From Alloascoidea hylecoeti (taxonomy: Eukaryota): a stretch of DNA of 64,000 nt. Positions 50,021-60,984 of this stretch are shown here, piece after piece. The notes under the pieces were generated by a model. That model made no database searches. It had not been told where the DNA came from and saw only the letters and a program-made list of their open reading frames with translations. The stretch lies in NCBI GenBank assembly GCA_001600815.1, contig BCKZ01000001.1:292613-356612 (forward strand). Reading direction: 5' to 3'. How positions within the stretch are numbered: position 1 is the stretch's first letter; each line of letters starts with the position of its first letter. The translations under genes were made by a program, and so were the position numbers.

Positions 50021-52648
50021 TTAAATTTCAATTGGTTCAATATTCCAAATTTCTTCAGCATATTCATCAATACAACGATCAGAACTAAAGAAACCCATAT
50101 TTGCAGTAGCTAAAACTGATTTTTTAGTCCATTCTTTTGTGTCTTTAAAGCTTTCATCAATTAATGACTGAGCATCTAAATAAGATTGAAAATCCGAAGA
50201 AACAAGATAATAATCACCATGATGTCTAATTGCATTTAATAAACCATGATAAATATTAACATCACCAAATATACCAGTTTCAATAAAATCAAAAACTTTT
50301 AATAATTCAGGATTTAATTCAAAATTTTCATGATTTGAAGATCTAATTGTTTCAACATCTTCAGCTAAATGACCAAATAAGAAAATATTATCTTCACCAA
50401 TTTCTCTCGTAATTTCAACATTTGCACCATCAACAGTACCAATAACAATACCACCATTTAAAACAAATTTCATATTTGAAGTTCCAGATGCTTCAGTACC
50501 AGCAGTTGAAATATGTTCAGAAATATCAGAAGCTGGGGTAATAATTTCAGCTTTTGAAACATTATAATCTGGAATAAAAGCAACTTTTAATAAATCACCA
50601 ATTTCTGAATCATTATTAACAATTTCACCAACAGAATTAATTAATTTAATAATAATTTTTGCCATATAATAACCAGGAGCAGATTTACCACCAAAAATGA
50701 AAACTCTTGGTTGTTCATTTAACCTTTCTTTTGGAGATAATGATTTAATTTTTAAGTATCTATGAATAACACCAAAAATATTTAATTGTTGACGTTTATA
50801 TTCATGAATACGTTTAACTTGAACATCAAATAATGCATCAGTATTAACAATTATACCAGTTGTTTTTTTAATTAATTTTGCTAAACGAATTTTATTATTT
50901 TGTTTAATTTTTTTCCATTCTTCTAAAAATTCAACATCATTTAAAAAATTTTCTAATTTTTTTAGCATTGATAAATTTTTTAAATAATCATAGCCACCTA
51001 ATTTTTTTGAAATTAATTCTGCCAATTTTGGATTTGCTTGTCTTAACCATCTCCTTGGTGTAATACCATTTGTAACATTTGTAAATTTATCAACACCATA
51101 AACTTTTACAAAATCTTTAAAAATTGTTGTTTTAATTAATTCAGAATGTAATTCAGCAACTCCATTAACTTTATGTGAACCAACAATTGCTAAATATGCC
51201 ATTCTAACTTGTTTTGTATCAGCTTCTTCAATTAATGAAACATTTCTAATTAATTCATCATTACCAGGGAATTTTTTAGAAACTAATTGTAAAAATTTAA
51301 AATTAATTTCATAAATAATTTCTAAATGTCTTGGTAATAAATTACCAACTAAATCAACAGACCATTTTTCTAAAGCTTCAGGTAAAACAGTATGATTTGT
51401 ATAACCAAAAGTTTTTGTCACAATATCCCAAGATTCATCCCAATCTAAATTCTCTAAATCAATAAAAATTCTTTGTAATTCAACAATTGCTAAAGTTGGA
51501 TGAGTATCATTTAATTGAATAGCAACTTGTTCAGGAAATTCTCTCCATGGTCTTCTCGATTTTTTAAAACGTCTAACAATATCATGTAAAGATGCAGCAA
51601 CCCAAAAATATTGTTGTTTTAATCTTAATTCTTTACCACTATAAAAATTATCATTTGGATAAAGTACAGCAGATATTGTTTCAGCTCTTTGTTCATCACT
51701 TACAGCACTTTCATAATCACCAGAATTAAATTTATCAAAATCAAATTCTTTTGCAGGTTTTGAAGCCCATAATCTTAAATTATTAACATTTTCAGTATCA
51801 AAACCAGGAATTGGGAAATCATAAGCAACAGCTTGAACTAATTCACCACCTTCCCAAATTCTTTTTTCTTTGCCTTCATCATCAATTGATTTTCTAACAT
51901 TACCATAAAAAGTAACATTAATTTGAATTTCTAAACGCGGTAATTCCCAAGGATTATTAAAATTAAGCCAATAATCAGGTTGTTCAACTTGATAACCATC
52001 AACGATATTTTGTTTAAAAATACCATATTGGTAACGTAGACCATAACCCCAACCAGGATAATTTGAAGTTGCCAAAGAATCAACAAAACAAGCAGCAAGA
52101 CGACCTAAACCACCATTACCTAAAGCAGCATCAGGTTCTTGTTCTAATAAATCTTCTAAACGGAAACCAAGAGCTTTAACACTATTATCAGCCAATTCTT
52201 TAGTTCCAGTATTTAAAAGAGCATTATCCATAGCTCTGCCCATCAAAAACTCTAATGATAAATAATAAATACGTTTAGGATCACGTATAGTTTGTCTTTG
52301 TTGAGTTTTATTCCAAGCAACGATTAATCTATCCCTAAGGACAGCAGAAGCAGCTTGATAAGCAGCCAAATCATCACAATTATATAAAGAACGAGCTAAA
52401 GTAGTTTCAACATGACGGACGAAATCTTTTTGGAATTCTTCTTCTGTTTGAAACTCTTCAATTGCGAATTTTTTCCAAATATTTCTAGATTCTAAAGGAA
52501 TAGTAGCATCAATATTTCTAATTTCTTTAGGAGTAAAACCAGTAAAAGTTCTCTTATGTCTTGGACGGGGGATATAACCTGATCCGTCATCCGGAGGGAC
52601 ATAAGAAGAATAAGAAGCATTTGAGGTTGATCTGTAAAGGCTGCCCAT
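50021..52648 (-). CDS. GPH1: Glycogen phosphorylase
   Basis: RHKRTFTGF phosphosite, LGNGGLGRLAAC, and the PLP-site motif EASGTSNMKF. Confidence 0.98.
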   Translation of the reverse strand: MGSLYRSTSNASYSSYVPPDDGSGYIPRPRHKRTFTGFTPKEIRNIDATIPLESRNIWKKFAIEEFQTEEEFQKDFVRHVETTLARSLYNCDDLAAYQAASAVLRDRLIVAWNKTQQRQTIRDPKRIYYLSLEFLMGRAMDNALLNTGTKELADNSVKALGFRLEDLLEQEPDAALGNGGLGRLAACFVDSLATSNYPGWGYGLRYQYGIFKQNIVDGYQVEQPDYWLNFNNPWELPRLEIQINVTFYGNVRKSIDDEGKEKRIWEGGELVQAVAYDFPIPGFDTENVNNLRLWASKPAKEFDFDKFNSGDYESAVSDEQRAETISAVLYPNDNFYSGKELRLKQQYFWVAASLHDIVRRFKKSRRPWREFPEQVAIQLNDTHPTLAIVELQRIFIDLENLDWDESWDIVTKTFGYTNHTVLPEALEKWSVDLVGNLLPRHLEIIYEINFKFLQLVSKKFPGNDELIRNVSLIEEADTKQVRMAYLAIVGSHKVNGVAELHSELIKTTIFKDFVKVYGVDKFTNVTNGITPRRWLRQANPKLAELISKKLGGYDYLKNLSMLKKLENFLNDVEFLEEWKKIKQNNKIRLAKLIKKTTGIIVNTDALFDVQVKRIHEYKRQQLNIFGVIHRYLKIKSLSPKERLNEQPRVFIFGGKSAPGYYMAKIIIKLINSVGEIVNNDSEIGDLLKVAFIPDYNVSKAEIITPASDISEHISTAGTEASGTSNMKFVLNGGIVIGTVDGANVEITREIGEDNIFLFGHLAEDVETIRSSNHENFELNPELLKVFDFIETGIFGDVNIYHGLLNAIRHHGDYYLVSSDFQSYLDAQSLIDESFKDTKEWTKKSVLATANMGFFSSDRCIDEYAEEIWNIEPIEI

Positions 52649-53367
52649 TGTGTACTAAAATTTTAGAATTGAGGTTAGTAAATAAAAAGTAAAGTAAAAA
52701 TGATGAATCATGAATAACCTCGGGCAATTGGGAACTTCACGGAGCAAAAGAGTAATGCGCATGCGGAACTCCATTTGAGTTCATCTGGTGTGATGGCCAT
52801 TCAACAATCACTCAACTACCAATTGACAAATCCCAATAACCCAAATAAAAACAATAGCACCGAAAAAAACAAAAAGGCATACCGGTGAAGTCAATTGAGC
52901 TCTGAGCAAAAAAGAAAAGTAAAAAGAAACAAAAAAAAGGAGAAATCGTTGACTTTTTATATTTAAAATCCAAATGGAACCTGCTGATAACCAGCAATAT
53001 CACGTTTATTATCATATTTTGGTGCACACAACATCTGTGCTGTTTGTACCTCCACACATTTTTTGTTTTTTGTTTTCTGTAACCGTTAAGATTATAATGA
53101 AGCTTCCGGAAAGTATTGTGGAAGTGCGCTGAGGAGAAAAAAGGCTTCAAAATCATATCATGTGGAAAAACGAAGCTCGTGTAGGATTACAGCAAAATGC
53201 GCTCCTTCTTTGGCGCATTTAAAAGATATCATTCGTTCAAAAAGAAATAGCAATTCGTAAGTATTGGCAATCCATTTCGCTCTCTAATCTCTGGTGCATA
53301 AGTAAATCTCATTGCAATAGAGCATTTACTTGCATTATTTGGAATTGAATGAGTATTGCGTGGTGAC

Positions 53368-54003
53368 CTACAAATGAATCAAAAAAATCTGAGAATTTAT
53401 TAGTAAAATCTCGAGAGATTTAGGACTTATTATGAAATCTCTCACTTTGAAAACTCCATCAACAAAAGTTAATTGCCTTATATGACCAGTTTTACCTCCC
53501 CAATTGCAATTCATTAATTCGTATTCACAACTACTACATTCAAAAAGCCCTATTCGAGGGAGATTATTCACGTTCGATTTGTATGTTCTATTAGTGATTT
53601 TATGTATAGGCATATAACTTTCATCGTCTGAATCATGGTCATTACCATGTGGTTCTAAAAATAATGCCTTTTTCTTTCCTTTTTGATGATTCTTATCATA
53701 CTTTGTAAATTCTAGCAGCTTCTAAACCTCTTTTTTTAATAATAGCATTTCTTGCCTAACTTTTTCTTCTTTGTTTTCCTGGCAGTTTTAACGGTTTCCT
53801 GTTGAGATAGAGTCAATAATTGTTATCAAGCTCATAAGACCATTGAGTTGATACACATCTTGGGATAAGTTACTGAAAACTAACTCTATGATTTCACCGG
53901 GAAAATAACTAAGAGCATTTTCCTTAGAGTTGAGCTTGGAGACGCCAAAAATCAACTCCTTTACAAAATGAATATTATGATGTTCTATGTACGATTTAAC
54001 TGA
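53368..54003 (-). pseudogene. Probable Ty1/copia Gag relic (C-terminal half with degenerate zinc knuckle)
   Basis: One frame of about 210 codons broken by TAA (53790-53788) and TAG (53724-53722): SVKSYI...EIIELVFSNLSQDVY...EEKVRQEMLL...KKALF...CNWGGKTGHIRQ. Confidence 0.5.
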
Positions 54004-54204
54004 TTATGGTAGTTGCAAAGAAATATGCATTGCATAATATTAAAAAGGACTTGCAAGTGATGACCCGAAAGATGATAAAACGATCGGGTATCACGTGCCT
54101 CGGTATATGATGGATATCCAATTTTTCTGTGTTCTGCTTTCATTCTTCCGCAAACTCACCTCCCGATCCCAAACCTTTTAATATTGATACTACTAGTTTT
54201 CAAT

Positions 54205-55552
54205 ATGACAGCCATCGATAACGATTCTTTCATCCAAGATGATGAAGAGGACTTGTGGTATGTTATTTTTACAAACCGCTTGCTACACTTTTTCTAACTT
54301 TTGTTTTGGTGTTCATAGTCCCCTTTGCGTTGAAGAAATGGATATTTATGACAGATCTTTCTTCCCATGCCCTTGTGGTTATCAAATCTGTCAGTTCTGT
54401 TACAACAACATCATCCAAAACCCAGAACTAAATGGGAAATGTCCTGCATGTCGTAGAACCTATAATGAAAAACTTGTTAAATATGTAGAGATTACAAATG
54501 ATCAATTGAAACAACATCAAGAAAAACAATTACGTAAAGAACGTGATAAAAAACAAAGAGAAAAAGAAAAGAGAGAAAGTGAACAAAATTCAAGACGTCA
54601 TTTAGCTGGTATGAGAGTTATTCAAAAAAATTTAGTTTATGTTGTTGGTTTAAATCCAAATATACCAACTGATGAATTACATAATACTTTAAGAGGTGAT
54701 TCTTTTTTTGGTCAATATGGTAAAATTAATAAAATTGTTATAAATAAAAAAACAAATGCAAATGGAACTTTAGGTCTCGGTGTTTATGTTACTTTTTCAA
54801 GAAAAGAAGATGCTGCTAAATGTATTTCTGCTGTTGATGGTTCAATGAATGATGGGAAAACTTTAAAAGCTGCTTATGGTACTACTAAATATTGTAGTTC
54901 TTATTTAAGAGGTCAACAATGTCAAAATCCAAATTGTATGTTTTTACATGAACCTGGTGAAGAAGATGATTCTTATACAAGACAAGATTTATCAACAAGA
55001 CAAGGTTTAAAAATGGGTCAAAGTAAAAGAGATAGTAATACTTCAAGCCCTGCTATAACAAATAGTACTATTCATCATTCTCATACAATTCATCGAACTT
55101 CTTCTTATTCTCATCATAATGATGAAAGTGGTTCTGCTTTACCTGCAACTGCTTCATGGGCAACTGCTGCAAAATCCGCTCCACCAATTCATAAATCTTT
55201 AAATAATAATGTTCAAATTCATTCAGCAACTTCATCGCCAGCTCTTTCTCATGCAACTCCAATTCCACAATCTTCTTCATTTCCTGCTTTTCCTTCAAAA
55301 CAATCTAATAATGATTCTGATTTACAGGTAGAACCTGAAATTGAACCAATTAATCCTGTTATTACATTTTTAAATGAAAGTATTGAATTATTAAGTAATA
55401 ATAAAAATGTTTCAAAATATCAAATCTCAAAATCTTTATTACAAACATATTTTAATTTAAATCATCATTCTTCAAATGTTAATGAAAATGTTAATGAAAA
55501 TGGAAATGAAAATGGAAATGAAAATGGAAATGAAAATGGAACTGAAAATGGA

Positions 55553-55641
<89 letters not shown>

Positions 55642-56296
55642 CAATGAAGATTTTAATGAATATTATAAAAGTATGCCATCTCTTTTCCCATTTAATCCTA
55701 AAAAATCAAATATAGATTCAAATTTAAATTTGAATGATCCATCATCTCCATCTTCAACAACTCGTTCAAAATCAGAATTTGAAAAATTAATTTATAATAA
55801 TTTATATAATAAAAGAAAAGGAAATTTTGCAAAAATCAATTTAAATATTGAAGTTGATGAAATATCAACAACTCCTCCACCATTACAACAACAACAACAA
55901 ACACAACAACAAACAAATCAATTACAAACAATTGCAAATCCAATTGATTTACAATTACAGCAACAACAATTATTACAATTGCAACAACAATTACAACAAA
56001 AAAATGTTGTTCAATTAAATATTGCTCAACAACAACAATTACAACAACAATTACAACAACAACAGCAGCAACAATTGCAACAACAACAATTACAACAACA
56101 ACAGCAGCAGCAATTACAACAACAACAATTGCAACAACAACAATTACAACAACAGCAGTTACAACAACAACAATCTCATCATCAAGTTCAAGGTCAAGGT
56201 CAACAATCACAATTACATAATATACCATCAGTTCAACAACAATCTCAATTACAAGCTTTACAACAAGCACAATATATGGCATTGAGACAACAGCAA

Positions 56297-56337
<41 letters not shown>

Positions 56338-56827
56338 ACAACAACAATTACCTCCACAATTTAATCAATTTTCACAACAACAAAAATTAAATATTTTACA
56401 AGGTAATGTAAATCAAATTCCAAATATTAATAATGGGAAATTTCCAGTTAATAAATCAGCATCAAATGATTTACAACAACTTTTATTACAACAACAAGGA
56501 AATAATTCAAATTTAAATTCAAATAAATCATTATCACAAGATCAACAACATTTTAATAATTTACCACAACAAATTTTGTTAAATAAATTAGCTAGTCAAC
56601 AACAACAACAGCAACAAACTTTTGGTAATGGTAGTGGATTTGGAAATAATTTAAATAATGGATTTGGTGTTGAAGCTTTAAAAACTAGTACTCCTCCACC
56701 ACCTGGATTATTTAATTCTCAACAGCAACAACAGCAACAACAACAACAAGGACAAGGTCAAAATAATGCTAATGAAAATTCTCATGATTTATTAAATCAT
56801 TTAATGAATGGGAATAAGATTAATTAA
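54205..56827 (+). CDS. NOT4: CCR4-NOT E3 ligase Not4 (RING, RRM, CCCH zinc finger)
   Basis: Exons 54205-54257 and 54319-56827; CPLC...CPCGYQICQFC...CPAC, RVIQKNLVYVVGL, GTTKYC; C-terminal PPPGLF. Confidence 0.95.
55553..55636 (+). repeat. Perfect (AAT)28 microsatellite encoding poly-Asn, preceded by 12-bp ENGN repeats
   Basis: Read directly; in frame within NOT4. Confidence 0.95.
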
Positions 56828-57104
56828 GTTATGTTAAGTCAGGTTGTGTTGTGTTTACTAAAAATAAGATTAGTATTTAATATTAATTAGTGCTAGCTAA
56901 ATGTTTCTATATAAAATTTTCTATTTGTATTTGCAATTGAATTTGATTTTGATGTTTTATGTTTGAAGTTTGAAGTTTGAAATTTTATAAAAAGTAGCTA
57001 TAGATTTTTTACTACTTTTAGAATGTAAGGGTGTATGGATGTGATATTTGTAGGCCATATAATACTCCTTTCACTCTATTAAATTTATAGATTTCATAGA
57101 CACC

Positions 57105-58437
57105 ATGGTAAGTTTTATAAATCCTCTCAATCCAATCCATTTTTATATATATTATATCATACATTATATTTTTTCATATTCTTTTAAATTTCAAACAATT
57201 TACTTACTAATTTTTTTTTTTCATTTCTTTTAAATAGGCGAATGTTGCAAAACTTCCAGTTTATATAGCTAAATTATTTACACCACGTCCACCAATTAAA
57301 TACTTAAAACCAAATGACATATCACCTGAAAAAAGATGTACAACTAATATATCTGGTATTTCTCAATATCTAAATTATTTAAAAGAAAATGATGATAATT
57401 ATATACCAACTGAAAGTTGGTTACAAAAACAACAAAAGGAGAAAGTTGAAAATAATGAAAAAAATCAAAAAAAATTAGAAGAAGCAATTTCTAATTGTAA
57501 GTTATATATATATTTTTTTTTCAACATTGAAAAAATACAGGTTATATGATACAGAATGTTACTTTATAATTGATACTAATGTTTTTTATTATTATTTTTA
57601 TTATTAGGGAAACCAAGTAAAGACCCTCAAGTTCGAGGAGATGCTTACACAACAATTTTTGTAGCTAGACTTGATTATTCCTTAACAGAAGTTGACTTAC
57701 AAAAAGAATTTGTCCCATATGGTCCTATTGAAAGGGTATGCTTTTTTTTTTATGTTTTTCATTGTTGATTCTTAAGTATTAAACTAACTTTTTTCTATTT
57801 TTTAAAGGTTCGCGTTGTTAGAGATAAAGAAGGAAAATCTCGTGGTTATGCCTTTATAGTATTTGAAAAAGAAAGAGATGCAACAAATGCTTATAAATCA
57901 GCAAATGGAATGCGTATTAAAGATCGAAAAATAGTAGTTGATATAGAAAGAGGACGAACTATTAAAAATTGGAAACCAAAAAGATTAGGTGGAGGATTAG
58001 GTGGTAGAGGATATTCAAAACCAAAAATAGAAACAACCATACCATTAGGACCAAAAGGACTTGATAATTCTTATCGTGGTCAGAATGGTGGTGGGTATGG
58101 TAGGTCAAATGGTATACCATCGGGTCCTCGTTCAGACCGTGATAGAGATGGATATGGAGGAAGAGGTGGTGGTTACAGAGACAGAGATGGAGGAAGAGAT
58201 GATCGTAATAGAGATAGAGATCGTGGTTCAAGAAGAGACGGTGATAAAAGGAGACAAGAAGATGAAGATCGATATCGTGAACGTGATGCTCAAAGGAAAC
58301 ACTATGAAGAAGAACGAAGAAGAAAAGAACGAGACAGAGATCAAGATAGATATAAAGATTCTAGGTATGAAAAAGAAAAACGTGAAAGACCATGGGATAG
58401 GGAAAGAGAACGTTCTCCAAAACGATTAAGGTACTAA
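57105..58437 (+). CDS. SNP1: U1 snRNP 70K protein
   Basis: Exons 57105-57107 (ATG only), 57238-57496, 57608-57735, 57808-58437; LFTPRPP, DAYTTIFVARL, SRGYAFIVF, VDIERGRTIKNWKPKRLGGGLGGRG, RD/RE tail. Confidence 0.95.
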
Positions 58438-58889
58438 ATTTAAATTTTAATTGATGATGTATCTCAAATGAATTCGAAAGAAAAATAAAAATAAACTGGT
58501 TTTTTTTTTGTATTTTAGTCTTTTTAAGTTACAAAAAACATTGTACTTTATTTATCATATGTTTTACTTATTTTCTCATTTCTATTTAAATGGTAATAGT
58601 ATTGCGATATATTGAGATTTTGACATTATAATTATAAACTATCAAGTAAATTCAATTCCATATGCATATGATTCTTTCTGTTAATATTGTATTGGTAGCT
58701 GTAGATAAATGAGAATGTTAATTATGAGCCATAAAAGAAGAGTATCGGCACTGGTTAATATCTATTACTGCAAGGAGTCTAGTATGACGGTAAATACCAT
58801 TGTGGTCTGGGCAAATTGTGATCTATATAGAGAAACGGAATATTAGCAGGTTGTGAAAGAATAGCCTTATTGCGCTTAACAATTAGATA

Positions 58890-60488
58890 TTACAAATCCT
58901 TTTCCTCAACTTCTTTAATTTCATCCATAATAAACTCATTAAAACTTTCATAATTATCTAAATAAAGATGATGACCTGAATTTTCAATAATCTTTAACTT
59001 TGAGTCATAAATTCCTTTCTTCGTAATTGCTTTAATACTATCAATACCACCATTAACATCCATCCAATCTCTATCACCATAACACCAAACAGTTGGACAT
59101 GTAATCTGATCAGCAAATTTAACTAATGGTAATCTAGCAGTTGCTCCAGGACCTAAAAGATAATTAAGAGCATATTCTCCAGATCCTGGTGCTTTAAAAA
59201 TATTATAAGAATAATTATGTAATGCATTCATTTCATTGTTTTTAAGATGAGAAAATCTTCTACTTGTCCAACCACTTGTAAACATAGGACCTAAAGGACC
59301 AGTATTTCTAACTAATGAAAATGGAGAAAAGTTTTGTTCCCATAGAAAATTAAACCAAGTTGGAACTTTTAAATTTGTCGTTGATGGATCAGGTACAGCA
59401 GCTGGTGAAATGAGTAATAATTTATTAACAAAACCTGGATATTTTATTGTATAATGTGATGAAAGATAACCACCTAAAGAATGAGCAATAATTGTAAAAT
59501 TTTCAATTTTACGTTCTTTTCTCCATTTTTCAAATGAATCAATAAACCAATTTATTGCATATTTTGTCTTTTCTGAATTATTTTTTAAATTTATTGGAAT
59601 TTCAAATTTTGGTCTTGATGAATTTCCATAACCTAATAAATCAAGTGCATGAATTCTCCAATTTTTTTTTTTACTTAATTCTTCTAAATTTTTATAAAAA
59701 AATCCAAGTCCTGCTCCATAACCATGTAATATAATTAAATCTCTTGTTTTAACATTTTTATCTTTTCTTAAAGATTCAATTAAAAATTCATTAATATATA
59801 ATGGTTTTGAATTTTTATCATTTTTATTAATTTGTATTTTTAAAGATTTTCCAATTGAATTTCCATCATTAATTGGATAAAAATTTAATAAACTTAATAA
59901 TTGATGTTCAGCTTTTATTGGATCAGTATGTTTCCATTCAGTATATGAATCATAATAACTTAATGGGAAAGCATTACTTAAAATCTTTGCTAAAGGAACC
60001 CCAGTTGGAGCAGTAGGTGGTCTATAATGATCTTTCGAATTATCATAAAGATTACTTGGAATTTCAACTGTTGTTGTACTTGAATTTGAATTTGAATTTG
60101 AATTTGAATTAATCTGCATTTTTGAAATATCTGAATCCTTTGTTGGATTTAAAGTCTTCGTTTTAAAATGTCGAAAACTTTCATTAATTTTTTGTTGTGA
60201 ATCTTTTAAATGTCTAGCAGAATCAACAGTAACAGCATCTTGATATTGTTGTATTGGATCTGTTTCTTCATAAGTATTGACATTTCCATTTCCATTTTTT
60301 TGATGTTGCTGCGTATAAAATAATACGCCGCGCGGAGATTCAAGCGAATCATCCAATTGCAGCCGCAAGCTTAAGCAACCACTAAAATTAGGAACATTTA
60401 TAGGACGATGAGCATGTGACGCAGATGTTATTCGTTTTCCAGCAACACCCAGAGTAGACTTATTAATAACTGCAGTGAAAACTAACAT
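58890..60488 (-). CDS. CLD1: Alpha/beta hydrolase of the CLD1/ICT1/ABHD5 family; start codon uncertain
   Basis: LHGYGAG, ALDLLGYGNSSRP, AHSLGG nucleophile elbow, YGDRDWMD, GHHLYLDN. Confidence 0.8.
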   Translation of the reverse strand: MLVFTAVINKSTLGVAGKRITSASHAHRPINVPNFSGCLSLRLQLDDSLESPRGVLFYTQQHQKNGNGNVNTYEETDPIQQYQDAVTVDSARHLKDSQQKINESFRHFKTKTLNPTKDSDISKMQINSNSNSNSNSSTTTVEIPSNLYDNSKDHYRPPTAPTGVPLAKILSNAFPLSYYDSYTEWKHTDPIKAEHQLLSLLNFYPINDGNSIGKSLKIQINKNDKNSKPLYINEFLIESLRKDKNVKTRDLIILHGYGAGLGFFYKNLEELSKKKNWRIHALDLLGYGNSSRPKFEIPINLKNNSEKTKYAINWFIDSFEKWRKERKIENFTIIAHSLGGYLSSHYTIKYPGFVNKLLLISPAAVPDPSTTNLKVPTWFNFLWEQNFSPFSLVRNTGPLGPMFTSGWTSRRFSHLKNNEMNALHNYSYNIFKAPGSGEYALNYLLGPGATARLPLVKFADQITCPTVWCYGDRDWMDVNGGIDSIKAITKKGIYDSKLKIIENSGHHLYLDNYESFNEFIMDEIKEVEEKDL

Positions 60489-60836
60489 GTTAAGAAATAA
60501 ATCAAATGCTCATCACAAGATCAGTACAAGTAATAAGCAATAAGTAACAAGAAATATATAGAAAATTAAAGGTATCAAGCTTTAATGCAGAAAGTGATAT
60601 TCCGAAGAGTACAAATCCAAAACGAGAAATTAAAGATTCTTCAAGAGAGAAATTTAAAACAAGAAGATTGAAAAAAATAACAAACTTGGCGCCTCGGATA
60701 ATAATTATTAACAGGAGTTTTAAACTTTTGAAAACTTTTGAAAAGAAAGCAGAAAGTTTATAACCTTAATTTATAGTGATGATACTTACCCTGGCCGCAG
60801 TATATATGGGAACGGTACATTGGCCGATTACATAAT

Positions 60837-60848
60837 CATCCATACACC
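60837..60848 (+). promoter_or_regulatory. Rap1-like site CATCCATACACC in the EFT2 promoter; a reverse copy lies upstream of SNP1 at 57029-57043
   Basis: Matches the ACAYCCRTACAY-type consensus, about 140 bp upstream of the ATG. Confidence 0.5.
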
Positions 60849-60984
60849 TTCATGGTAATTTGGAGCATGGCTTGTACTCAGATTTACGCAGTTCTTTGAG
60901 GAGATAAAATTTTCACAATTTTTCTTTATTCAAATTATATTTAAAACCATTATTTCTGTTAAAAGACTTTGAAATAATTTAAAA

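Noticed and set aside
60782..60794. ATACTTACCCTGG resembling the U1 snRNA 5' end, preceded by a C-box-like GTGATGA
   Set aside because: No U1 stem-loop I motif or fitting Sm-site architecture follows and there is no D box. It lies in the EFT2 promoter and is explained as a Reb1-like TTACCC site.
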